The notes beneath the pieces were generated by a model. That model did not search any database and was not told the origin of the DNA. It worked only from the letters and a program-made list of their open reading frames with translations. The position numbers and the translations under genes are program-made. Positions 1 through 8,697 of a stretch of 64,000 bases of DNA are shown here, in pieces (the first letter of the stretch is position 1; each line of letters starts with the position of its first letter). Origin of the DNA: an uncultured bacterium (GTDB taxonomy: Bacteria; Edwardsbacteria; AC1; EtOH8); assembly GCA_963780225.1 (NCBI GenBank), contig CAWAAX010000006.1, positions 96,001-160,000 of the forward strand, read 5' to 3'.

Positions 1-1063
1 GCCGTTGATAGAGGCTATGGCTTTGCAGTTGGTGGCACAGGGTATCTTTATGTCACCGGTCACTCTAACAATGGTTCAAACGATGATTATTTTACAATAA
101 AATATAATGCAACTACCGGTGATACCACCTGGACCCGCAGGTATAACGGCCCGGATAACGGTATTGACAACGCCTTTGGCTGCGCGGTTGATAACTCGGG
201 TAATTTATTCGTTACGGGAATATCTTATAATGGTTCAAACTTCGATTATCTCACAATTAAATATAATGCAACTACCGGTGATACCATCTGGACCAGTAGG
301 TATAATGGCCCGGCTAACAGTGTTGATTTTGCCTTTGGCTGTGCAGTTGATACCGCGGGCAATATTTATGTAACCGGGTCTTCTAAAAATGGTTTAAACG
401 ATGATTATCTCACAATAAAATATAATTCAACTAATGGCGATACCGTTTGGACCCGCAGGTATAACGGCCCGGCTAATAATAATGATCGGACCTGGAGATG
501 TGTAGTTGATGTCTCTGGTAATCTTTATGTTACCGGGTACTCTAATAATGGTTCAAACAACGATTATCTCACAATAAAATATAATTCAACTACTGGCGAT
601 ACCATCTGGACTCGTAGGTATAATAGTCCGGCTAATGCCGCTGATAACGGCAATGGATGCGCAATTGACGCCTCTGGTAATCTTTATGTTACCGGGTACA
701 CTAACAATGGTTCAAACGAAGATTACCTCACAATAAAATATAATTCAAATACTGGTGATACCATTTGGACCCGCAGATATAACGGTTCGGCTAATAGCCT
801 TGACAACGCCTTTGGCTGCGCAGTTGACACCTCGGGCAATCTTTACGTTACCGGGTACTCTTCTAATGGTTCAAACTATGATTATCTCACAATAAAATAT
901 AACTCAACTACTGGCGACACAATTTGGACCCGTAGGGATAATGGCTCAGCTAATAATTATGACTACGCCTTTGATTGTTCCGTTGATGGCTCAGGGTATC
1001 TTTATGTCACCGGGTACTCTAACAATGGTTCAAACGATGATTATCTCACAATAAAATTTAATA
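1..1063 (+). repeat. Intragenic tandem repeat, 159-bp (53-aa) period, about 7 copies visible
   Basis: atggtt(c/t)aaac recurs at 71, 230, 389, 548, 707, 866 and 1025, exactly 159 bp apart. Confidence 0.95.
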
Positions 1064-3318
1064 AGTATAGTTTATCTATTTTATCGCCGAATGGTGGTGA
1101 AACATGGCCTGGAGGGTTATTACAGTCAATAAGGTGGAAAGAAATTGGTGTTGGCTTTAGTTATTATAACCTGTTGTTATCAAAGAATGGCGGCGATACA
1201 TATATTGATACAATCGCCAGCAACATATCCGCCGCCGATACGATGTATAATTGGCAATTGCCGTTGCTTGATCTTACTACTTGTAGGGTCAAGGTGCAGA
1301 TAATCGATAGCTTAAATAACATAGTATCAGAAGATGCCAGTAACGCTGATTTTTCAATAAGGTCGTACCCAACGGTGGTATTGCCCAACGGCGGAGAAAC
1401 CTGGTCCGGCGATTCACTGCATATGATTAAATGGTCAGTAGTCGGTGCTAATTTTGACCGCTACCGTCTATTGTTGTCTATAAACGGGGGCGTAACATAC
1501 AATGACACTATCAGCGATACGATTGATCCAGCGGAGTTAGTTTATAACTGGCAGTTGCCAATGCTCAATTGCACAACGTGCAGAATTAAAATACAAATTT
1601 TGGATAGTTTGAATGCTGTAATATCTGAAGATGCCAGCAATTCAAATTTTACCATCAGGCTGTATTCCCTGCTTATTTCACCCAATGGCGGGCAAATATG
1701 GCAAACCAATGAAAATAAAAACATACAATGGAGAATTACCGGCTTAAAAGGCCCGTCAATAGATCATTATCGGATATTATATTCAACCGATAATGGCGTA
1801 GCCTACAGTGATACCCTCATTGCCACGGTTAATAGTCTGGATTCAGTTTATACCTGGCAAATCCCGAATATTACTTCGTATTATTGCAAGACTAAAGTTC
1901 AATGCGTTGACATAAGTGGAAATGTGCTGGACGAAGATGACAGTGATACAGCCTTTGAAATGTGGCTTAAATATTGTCTGGTAGAAGGGCAGTATCCTAT
2001 TGCCGGTTATAATTCCCAAAGAATAAGGCGTGTTCCCTGTCAGGCGGCTGATGCCAATACCATTACCTGGTATTTCCCGACGGACAGCGCCATAGTCGCT
2101 GAGCCAATAGTAGGCCCCAATGGAATGATTTATATGATTTCCGATAATGATTCACTGTATTCACTTACTGCTGGCGGTGCCCGCAATTGGGCGCGTTATA
2201 TTGCCAGGGGCACAAAGTCCGGCCTGGCCTTTGCCTTTGACTCCACCATTTATTTTGGAAATGGCAACGGTCAAGTACTGGCTTACCGGAACGATAATAC
2301 CTTTAAATGGAGCTATGATGCTGGCGGCTCAATAGCATCGTCCCCTGTGATTGAGCCCAATGGCGTGGTTTACTTTGGTTCAACCGATGATACGGTTTAT
2401 GCCGTTGATAAAACCGGAGCCACTAAATGGAAATACGCCACCGGCGGCGATGTTGTGTCTTCTCCGGCCTTTGCCTCTTCGGACACAGTATTTTATATTG
2501 GCTGCGATGACGGTAAACTTTACGCTTTGGATACGGCCGGGGTTAAAGTGTGGTCATTCAGCCAGCCCAGTCCGATAAAAACTTCAACGGCAGTGCTCGG
2601 GGACAGCGTAATATATTTCGGCACTGCCAGCGGGAAACTATACGCCATTTATACCGATGGTTTGGCGAAATGGCAGTACCAGGTAAATGACTCAATTACT
2701 TCGTCACCGGCCATTGGTAAAGACGGGACGGTGTATTTTGGCTGCCATAACGATACCCTGTATGCCATAGATGGCGAGGGCAATTTTAAATGGGGCTACA
2801 AGACCGGCGACAAGATAGTTTCATCACCGGTGGTTGATTCTGCGGGTCATATTTACTTTGGTTCAAACGATGGATATGTTTATGCGTTGAATTCAAACGG
2901 CAGTTTGTTGTGGAAACGATTGACCGGCGGTTCAGTTCGCTCGTCTCCGGCTGTCTCATCTGCCGGTTCGGTTTATATCGGTTCAGACGACGGCAGGCTA
3001 TATTGTTTTGGCACAGTTACGGGGATTGAAAGCCAACCCGCAGAAACAAAGATAGTTAAGGCCTTTGGTCTGTACGATCTATATCCCAATCCTACAAAGG
3101 GCAGTGTAAATATCAGCTACAATATACCAAGCGCTTCGGATGTGGTTTTAACAGTATATAATGTTGCCGGGCAGTTAGTGGACAAATTAGCGCTGCCTGG
3201 TCAAAAAGCTGGGGAACATGCTGTCAAATGGAAACCCAATATTTCAAAGGGCGTGTATTTTTATATGCTGGTAGCCGGGAAACATCAAGCTGTCAGGAAA
3301 ATTGTACACATTAAGTAG
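1..3318 (+). CDS. Large secreted/surface protein, 5'-truncated: SBBP-like propeller repeats, three Ig-like 'PNGG' domains, PQQ/BamB-like beta-propeller, C-terminal T9SS type-A/FlgD-Ig-like sorting domain
   Basis: Frame 1 is open from base 1 and continuous with ORF 1174..3318. Repeats D.SGNLYVTG...DYLTIKY....GDTIWTRRY; three (S/L)PNGG(E/Q).W units; repeated SSP.....G.VYFGS.D..YA......G..KW; C-terminus YPNP...ISY.I......V.L.VYNVAGQLV...G.H.V.W.....GVYFY. Confidence 0.85.
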   Translation, partial: AVDRGYGFAVGGTGYLYVTGHSNNGSNDDYFTIKYNATTGDTTWTRRYNGPDNGIDNAFGCAVDNSGNLFVTGISYNGSNFDYLTIKYNATTGDTIWTSRYNGPANSVDFAFGCAVDTAGNIYVTGSSKNGLNDDYLTIKYNSTNGDTVWTRRYNGPANNNDRTWRCVVDVSGNLYVTGYSNNGSNNDYLTIKYNSTTGDTIWTRRYNSPANAADNGNGCAIDASGNLYVTGYTNNGSNEDYLTIKYNSNTGDTIWTRRYNGSANSLDNAFGCAVDTSGNLYVTGYSSNGSNYDYLTIKYNSTTGDTIWTRRDNGSANNYDYAFDCSVDGSGYLYVTGYSNNGSNDDYLTIKFNKYSLSILSPNGGETWPGGLLQSIRWKEIGVGFSYYNLLLSKNGGDTYIDTIASNISAADTMYNWQLPLLDLTTCRVKVQIIDSLNNIVSEDASNADFSIRSYPTVVLPNGGETWSGDSLHMIKWSVVGANFDRYRLLLSINGGVTYNDTISDTIDPAELVYNWQLPMLNCTTCRIKIQILDSLNAVISEDASNSNFTIRLYSLLISPNGGQIWQTNENKNIQWRITGLKGPSIDHYRILYSTDNGVAYSDTLIATVNSLDSVYTWQIPNITSYYCKTKVQCVDISGNVLDEDDSDTAFEMWLKYCLVEGQYPIAGYNSQRIRRVPCQAADANTITWYFPTDSAIVAEPIVGPNGMIYMISDNDSLYSLTAGGARNWARYIARGTKSGLAFAFDSTIYFGNGNGQVLAYRNDNTFKWSYDAGGSIASSPVIEPNGVVYFGSTDDTVYAVDKTGATKWKYATGGDVVSSPAFASSDTVFYIGCDDGKLYALDTAGVKVWSFSQPSPIKTSTAVLGDSVIYFGTASGKLYAIYTDGLAKWQYQVNDSITSSPAIGKDGTVYFGCHNDTLYAIDGEGNFKWGYKTGDKIVSSPVVDSAGHIYFGSNDGYVYALNSNGSLLWKRLTGGSVRSSPAVSSAGSVYIGSDDGRLYCFGTVTGIESQPAETKIVKAFGLYDLYPNPTKGSVNISYNIPSASDVVLTVYNVAGQLVDKLALPGQKAGEHAVKWKPNISKGVYFYMLVAGKHQAVRKIVHIK

Positions 3319-3333
3319 CTTGCAAACTGATTT

Positions 3334-3371
3334 AAAATTCAGCCCACTCCTTAAGGGGTGGGCTGAATTTT
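3334..3371. terminator. Intrinsic terminator-like hairpin, possibly bidirectional
   Basis: aaaattcagcccactcc-ttaa-ggggtgggctgaatttt just after the stop at 3318. Confidence 0.8.
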
Positions 3372-3401
3372 ACGCCTCATCCAGAAGATCAAAAGTAAGA
3401 T

Positions 3402-4013
3402 ATGAAACATAAATCAGGTCCCGAGGCCAAACCTCGCTGTCCCCGCTGCCGGTTGCATCTGGAGCTATGCATCTGCGGCCAGGCCCCGGCCTTCGATCTT
3501 TCCACCAAGGCGGTGGTGATAATGCATTACGCCGAGGAACGGCGCAAAAGCAACAGCGGCCGCCTGGCCGGACTGGTGCTGAAGAATTCAGAGATACACT
3601 TAAGGGGACTGCAGGACGGCCCGGCCACCCCGGAGCCTTCGGAAAAATACCCTAATCCTTTGGTGCTTTTTCCCGGGGCCGGTTCGCAGGAACTGAATGC
3701 CGGATTTCTGAAAACCATTCCCCGGCCCATAACTTTGCTCCTGGCTGACGGCAACTGGAACCAGGCCGGGCACATGGTCAAGCGCGAACCGCTGATGAAG
3801 GAGGCGATCAAGGTGCACCTGCCGCCGGGCGCCCCGACACGTTACCGCTTGCGCAACGCCCAGGAAGCCGAGGGCCGGATCTGCACCTTTGAGGCTTTAA
3901 GCCGGGCGCTGGGGATCATTGAAGGGCCGGAAGTGGAACAAAGATTAAGTGAGTTCTTTTATCTCTGGGTATCACGAAGCCTTAAGATGAGAGGCCAGCC
4001 GGATGATATCTGA
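3402..4013 (+). CDS. DTW-domain tRNA-uridine aminocarboxypropyltransferase (TapT/YfiP-like)
   Basis: N-terminal RCxxC...CIC, H..E..RKSNSG, VLFP, DGNW (DxTW variant), Y.LR, TFEA. Confidence 0.85.
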   Translation: MKHKSGPEAKPRCPRCRLHLELCICGQAPAFDLSTKAVVIMHYAEERRKSNSGRLAGLVLKNSEIHLRGLQDGPATPEPSEKYPNPLVLFPGAGSQELNAGFLKTIPRPITLLLADGNWNQAGHMVKREPLMKEAIKVHLPPGAPTRYRLRNAQEAEGRICTFEALSRALGIIEGPEVEQRLSEFFYLWVSRSLKMRGQPDDI

Positions 4014-4049
4014 AAATAAAACCCCCGCCCAAGGCGGGGGTTTTATTTT
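4013..4049. terminator. Intrinsic terminator
   Basis: aaaataaaacccccgcc-caa-ggcgggggttttatttt. Confidence 0.8.
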
Positions 4050-4052
4050 GCC

Positions 4053-4081
4053 TTGATTTTAATCCGGTTTTGGTGTATCCT
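4053..4081 (+). promoter_or_regulatory. Possible sigma70 promoter for trmFO
   Basis: ttgatt-N17-tatcct. Confidence 0.35.
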
Positions 4082-4090
4082 TGAAAATAC

Positions 4091-5449
4091 ATGACAGACT
4101 TAAAGACGATATCCATCATCGGCGGGGGGCTGGCCGGGTGCGAGGCGGCCTACCAGGCCGCCAAGCGCGGGCATCAGGTCAACCTGTACGAGATGCGCTT
4201 TACCGGAAAGGCAGAGAAACCGGCCCTAACAACCCCGGCCCACCAGACTGGGCTTTTGGCGGAACTGGTATGCAGCAATTCCCTTAAATCCACCGAGCAA
4301 GGCAACGCCCACGGACTGCTTAAAGCCGAGCTGGCTTTGCTGGATTCCCTGCTGCTTATATGTGCCAATAAAGTTTCGGTGCCGGCCGGCAAGGCTTTGG
4401 CGGTGGACCGGGAAAAGTTCTCCATAGCTGTCACTGATGCGACCAGAAACAATCCCAAGATAAAAATAATCTCCGAAGAACGGTCAGAAATCCCGGAAGG
4501 CCCGGTCATCATTGCTTCAGGTCCGCTGACCTCGGACAAATTATCGCTGGCCCTGACCGGGCTACTGGGGGAGCAGGGGCTGTTCTTCTTTGATGCCATC
4601 GCCCCCATCATTGAGGCCGGGTCGCTGGACCATTCCAAAATGTTCAAGGCCTCGCGCTATTCAGACGAAGAGGGCCAGTACTGGAACGCGCCGCTGACCA
4701 AGGACCAGTACTTAAGTTTCGTTGACGAACTGGCCAAAGCCCAGCGTCACCAGCCCCATGGTTTTGAAGCCGGGCACTACTACGAGGGCTGTCTGCCGGT
4801 GGAAGTTTTGGCCGAGCGGAATGTGAATTCCCTGCGCTTCGGTATGATGAAGCCGATCGGGCTGTTCAACCCCCACGAGGGGCGCAGACCGTATGCTGTG
4901 CTCCAGCTGAGACAGGAGAACCTGAAAGGCACCATGTTCAACCTGGTGGGTTTTCAGACCCAGCTCAAGATCTCCGAACAGCAAAGGGTGTTTCGGATGA
5001 TCCCCGGTCTGGAAAAGGCGGAATTCCTGCGCTACGGCAGCATGCACCGCAACACTTATCTCAACGGGCCAAAACACATCCACGGCACCATGCAGTCCAA
5101 GGTAAGAAAAGATCTGTTCTTTGCCGGACAGATCACCGGGGTGGAGGGTTACGTGGAATCCATCGCCGCCGGGCTGCTGGCGGGCATCAACATCTGCCGT
5201 CATCTGGCTGGCCGGCCGCTTTTGGTCCCCCCGCCGCTGACCATGCTGGGCGCATTGTGCAAGTATGTTTCAGAAGGAGGGACCGGAAAAAGTTTTCAGC
5301 CCATGAACGCAAATTTCGGGCTGCTGCCGCCGCTGGAGACTTCGGTTCATTCCAAGAAGCTGAGGTATGAGGCTTATTCGCAGAGGGCGCTGGAGGCCAT
5401 GGGTGGGTTTTTGACCCCTCCCAACCCTCCCCGATGCGGGGAGGGTTAG
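4091..5449 (+). CDS. trmFO: FAD/folate-dependent tRNA (uracil-54) methyltransferase
   Basis: GGGLAGCEAA, ELVCSNS, LAVDR, FFDAIAPI, EGCLP, VGFQT, RYGSMHRNTY, AGQITGVEGY, FQPMNANFGL. Confidence 0.97.
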   Translation: MTDLKTISIIGGGLAGCEAAYQAAKRGHQVNLYEMRFTGKAEKPALTTPAHQTGLLAELVCSNSLKSTEQGNAHGLLKAELALLDSLLLICANKVSVPAGKALAVDREKFSIAVTDATRNNPKIKIISEERSEIPEGPVIIASGPLTSDKLSLALTGLLGEQGLFFFDAIAPIIEAGSLDHSKMFKASRYSDEEGQYWNAPLTKDQYLSFVDELAKAQRHQPHGFEAGHYYEGCLPVEVLAERNVNSLRFGMMKPIGLFNPHEGRRPYAVLQLRQENLKGTMFNLVGFQTQLKISEQQRVFRMIPGLEKAEFLRYGSMHRNTYLNGPKHIHGTMQSKVRKDLFFAGQITGVEGYVESIAAGLLAGINICRHLAGRPLLVPPPLTMLGALCKYVSEGGTGKSFQPMNANFGLLPPLETSVHSKKLRYEAYSQRALEAMGGFLTPPNPPRCGEG

Positions 5450-5461
5450 ATAAAGGCGGGG
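5414..5461. repeat. REP-like palindrome forming the last codons of trmFO
   Basis: 11-bp stem aaccctccccg/cggggagggtt with outer cccctcc/ggcgggg; translates as TPPNPPRCGEG. Confidence 0.7.
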
Positions 5462-5495
5462 CACCAACCTGGGTTGTCGCGTTAAAACGATCAGT

Positions 5496-5683
5496 GAGCA
5501 TCGCAGTTGACGGCGGTTAAAAGCTTGTCTGGCGTGTTTGAGGGCTTGGCCAAAGCCCGAGTTCAGACAAGCCCGCCGGCAACGAGAAGCGCAACGCGGG
5601 CCCGCTGAAGCTTTAGCGTAAGCGTGGCCCGGAGAGTTTTAAGCGACGAGCTTTTTCTTTTTGGCGGCACAAAAAGAAAAAGG
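5496..5683. repeat. Multi-hairpin structured intergenic element (MITE-like or ncRNA)
   Basis: Nested stems gttgacggcgg/ccgccggcaac, gcttgtctg/cagacaagc, gggctt/aagccc; terminal 13-bp stem ctttttctttttg/caaaaagaaaaag. Confidence 0.55.
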
Positions 5684-5708
5684 ACAATAACAAAAAGTTG
5701 GAGAAAAT

Positions 5709-6617
5709 ATGGATTACACCAAGATAATCAAGGACTCCTGGAACATGTCCATCAAGCACCGCTACCTGTGGGTCTTTGGGGTGTTCGCCGGGATGGGCGG
5801 CGGGATGTCGTATCCCGGGGACATGAAGGAGGCCCGGAACAACGAATATTTTTCTGCCGGCTGGTCCTGGCTGTGGCAGCACCCGGCCATCGCCGTCATG
5901 ATCGCGGCCGGCTTGGGGATACTGCTGCTGATCCACTTCGTCCTGGCCTTCGTCTCCTACGGGGCGCTGATCAAAGGCGCGGCCCAGGTGGAACAGGAGG
6001 GCAAGAGCAATTTTGATGATTCCCTGGCCGCCGGGCTTAAATACTTCTGGCCCAACGTGGGGATCTCCCTGATGATCGGCCTGATGATGCTGGGAGTGAT
6101 CGCCCTGGCCATGCTGCCGTTCATCGTCATGTTAGTGGCCGGGGGCGACGGCCTTAAAATTGTGGCGGTGATCTGGCTGATACTATGCATCCTGCCGCTG
6201 ATGCTGGCCGTCTTCGTGCTGGTGCTGGTGGCGGCCCTGGCCGCCAGGATCTGCGTGCTGGAGGACAAAGGGGTCATGGATTCGTTGAAGCTGGCCTGGC
6301 AGATGGGCAAGGCCAACGTCTCCGAATCAGCCACGCTAGGGGCCATAGCCATTGCCCTGGGGATAGGGGTCTCCATAGCGGTAACGGTCGGGGTGATAGC
6401 CCTGGCCATTCCCTTCATAATCCTGGGACTGATAAACATCTGGCTGGGATTGGTGCCCGGAGGGCTGGTGGGCATTGTTCTGATCCTGCTGCTGGCCTGC
6501 GTTTACGGGGTCTTTACCTCGGCCTACTGGACGCTGGGGTACCTGCAGATCAAGTCCAAGAACGCCCCCGCTCCCCAGGTTGTCGCTCCTGTCATTCCGG
6601 CGGCTGAAGTTGTCTGA
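5709..6617 (+). CDS. Integral membrane protein of unknown function
   Basis: 302 aa, several hydrophobic helices, RBS ggag upstream, native-like codon use. Confidence 0.8.
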   Translation: MDYTKIIKDSWNMSIKHRYLWVFGVFAGMGGGMSYPGDMKEARNNEYFSAGWSWLWQHPAIAVMIAAGLGILLLIHFVLAFVSYGALIKGAAQVEQEGKSNFDDSLAAGLKYFWPNVGISLMIGLMMLGVIALAMLPFIVMLVAGGDGLKIVAVIWLILCILPLMLAVFVLVLVAALAARICVLEDKGVMDSLKLAWQMGKANVSESATLGAIAIALGIGVSIAVTVGVIALAIPFIILGLINIWLGLVPGGLVGIVLILLLACVYGVFTSAYWTLGYLQIKSKNAPAPQVVAPVIPAAEVV

Positions 6618-7644
6618 CCCACAGAAAATATTAGTGGTCCGCCAGGACCGGCTGGGAGACGCCCTCAGTGCCGTGCCTCTTTTGAAAGCGCTTAAGACGG
6701 CCAGGCCGGAGGCGCACATCACTTTTATGGTGACAAAGCCTTTGGCGGAGCTGTTCTTTGGCCAGCCATATTTGGACGAGGTGATCACTTGGTCAAACGG
6801 CCTTTGGCCTTTGATCAAAACATTGCGCCGGGGCCGTTACGATGTCCTGCTGATGCTGCATCCTTCAAAGCTTTTAGCCTGGGCGGCGCTGTTCGCCGGG
6901 ATAAAACAGAAAGCCGGGCTGGGCTTCAGGCCGTATTATGTTTTGACGGGTTTTAAGCATTCGCACAGGGCCCGGAGGTCGGGCTTCGATACTGCCTGCG
7001 GCAACTCAGCCCTCTCTGGAGCACATCGAAACGACGAACAGGTTATTCACGAGACCGAGTATAATTTTTCCGTGGCCCGCACTCTGTTTGAACTTCCGGA
7101 AGAGATCGAGCCGCCCAAGATATATTTAAGTGAAAATGAGAAGGCAGAAGGCAGAAATATCTTATTGTCCATGAATGTCCACAACCCCATCGCCATACTT
7201 CCTGCGAACAGAGGCTCTTCGGCCAACTGGCCGCCGGAGAGATGGGGCGAGCTGGTCAAAAAAATAGTTGAAGCCAAGCAGCAGGTTATGATCCTGGGCG
7301 GGCCGGGGGAGGAAGAGATCCTGAAAAAAGTAAAAGGCGATGCCGATGTGCCCATTGCCGGGCCGGAGCTGACATTGCGGCGGCTGGCTGCAATTTTGGC
7401 AAATTGCCGGCAGGTGGCGGGCAGCAGCACCGGCACCCTGCACCTGGCCGCGGCGGCGGGAGCAAAAACGGTGGGGCTTTTTTGCCCGGCGCCGGCCAGC
7501 CGCCCGGAACGCTGGAGGCCGCTGGGAGATGGGCATGTTCAGTTGGTGCCAACACCGGAGTTCTGTGAGTATTGCAGGTCAAATACCAAGTGTGATCTAA
7601 ATGGAATAACTGTTGAAGAAGTGGTAAAAGCAATAGATAAATGA
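6610..7644 (+). CDS. Glycosyltransferase family 9 (LPS heptosyltransferase-like)
   Basis: ILVVRQDRLGD, NWP.E.W, STGTLHLAAA.G. Start is uncertain (TTG at 6610; ORF track starts at 6580). Confidence 0.9.
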   Translation: MSDPQKILVVRQDRLGDALSAVPLLKALKTARPEAHITFMVTKPLAELFFGQPYLDEVITWSNGLWPLIKTLRRGRYDVLLMLHPSKLLAWAALFAGIKQKAGLGFRPYYVLTGFKHSHRARRSGFDTACGNSALSGAHRNDEQVIHETEYNFSVARTLFELPEEIEPPKIYLSENEKAEGRNILLSMNVHNPIAILPANRGSSANWPPERWGELVKKIVEAKQQVMILGGPGEEEILKKVKGDADVPIAGPELTLRRLAAILANCRQVAGSSTGTLHLAAAAGAKTVGLFCPAPASRPERWRPLGDGHVQLVPTPEFCEYCRSNTKCDLNGITVEEVVKAIDK

Positions 7645-8615
7645 AAAAATACCTTCTCATCCGCCTGGGCGCCATCGGCGACATTGTGCTGGCCACCGCC
7701 GCCATAGAGGCCATTTCTAAGGCCGAACCCGACTCGCAGATAGACCTTGTCTGCAAGGCCAGGTTTGCCGGATTACTACAGGGCAATCCACATATATCCA
7801 ATTTCCATGCCTTCGACGAGAAAGGCCGGCACAAGGGCCTGCGGGGTTTGCTTCTGTTCATTCACGAACTGAGCGCCAACAAATACAGCTTCATCATAGA
7901 CCTGCAGAACAACCCGCGCAGCCGGATGATCGCGCTTTGCCTTAACGCCGGGAAAAAGATCCACTGGCCCAAGGACACCTGGCGCCGCCGGATGCTGGTC
8001 TGGGGGCAGGGCAGTGGCAAAACTTATAAGACAGTTATCCAGCGCTATCTGGCGGCGGTGGAGAAGGCCGGGATCAAACAACCCGAGGCCAAGCCCAAGC
8101 TGTATCCGGTGGCCGACCCGTCTATCAAACTGCCGCAGGGTGGGTACATCGCCATAGCGCCGGGCGCGCACTGGCCGACTAAGAGATGGACGGGATACTC
8201 GGAACTCATTACTAAAATAGGAAATGGGAAATGGGAAATAGTTATTGTCGGGGACAAGAACGACAGGGCCATTGCTGAAATGATCATAAAAACTTCGGGG
8301 GCAAATGCCACCAACCTTTGCGGCTTGCTGGACCTGGCACAATTGACTTACGTGCTGTCCCAGGCAAAACTGCTGGTTACCAACGACACTGGGGCTATGC
8401 ACATCGCCGAGGCGGCGGGCACGCCGGTGGTGGCCATCTTCGGGCCGACGGTGAAACAATTCGGCTTTGCCCCCTGGCGCAAGGAAAGCAGGGTCATTGA
8501 AACCGAACTGGACTGCCGGCCCTGCGCATTGCACGGCTCCAAACAATGCCCCAGGGGCCACTTCAACTGCATGAAACTTATCACTGCCGAGCAGGTCAAT
8601 GATTTTATGGTCTAA
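7641..8615 (+). CDS. Glycosyltransferase family 9 (WaaF-like heptosyltransferase)
   Basis: LLIRLGAIGD, PGAHWPTKRW, NDTGAMHIA, IFGPT, CRPC...C...CM. Confidence 0.92.
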   Translation: MKKYLLIRLGAIGDIVLATAAIEAISKAEPDSQIDLVCKARFAGLLQGNPHISNFHAFDEKGRHKGLRGLLLFIHELSANKYSFIIDLQNNPRSRMIALCLNAGKKIHWPKDTWRRRMLVWGQGSGKTYKTVIQRYLAAVEKAGIKQPEAKPKLYPVADPSIKLPQGGYIAIAPGAHWPTKRWTGYSELITKIGNGKWEIVIVGDKNDRAIAEMIIKTSGANATNLCGLLDLAQLTYVLSQAKLLVTNDTGAMHIAEAAGTPVVAIFGPTVKQFGFAPWRKESRVIETELDCRPCALHGSKQCPRGHFNCMKLITAEQVNDFMV

Positions 8616-8623
8616 GGACAATT

Positions 8624-8693
8624 AACCACATAAGGCACAAAGGGCACAAATCAGGAATATTCAGTTATGTGAATTCTGTGCCTTTTGTGGTAA
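8624..8693. repeat. Two short 9-mer arrays in inverted orientation, no cargo gene
   Basis: aaccacata aggcacaaa gggcacaaa ... ttatgtgaa ttctgtgcc ttttgtggt. Confidence 0.7.
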
Positions 8694-8697
8694 AAGA

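Noticed and set aside
107..373. Short ORF in frame 2
   Set aside because: Shadow of the repeat protein in frame 1.
1..1063. 159-bp repeats as a CRISPR array or DGR template/variable repeats
   Set aside because: They are in-frame protein repeats without unique spacers; differences are not adenine-specific; no cas or reverse transcriptase gene is in the window.
5624..6016. ORF starting within the structured element
   Set aside because: Out-of-frame overlap with the membrane-protein gene 5709..6617; low-complexity translation.
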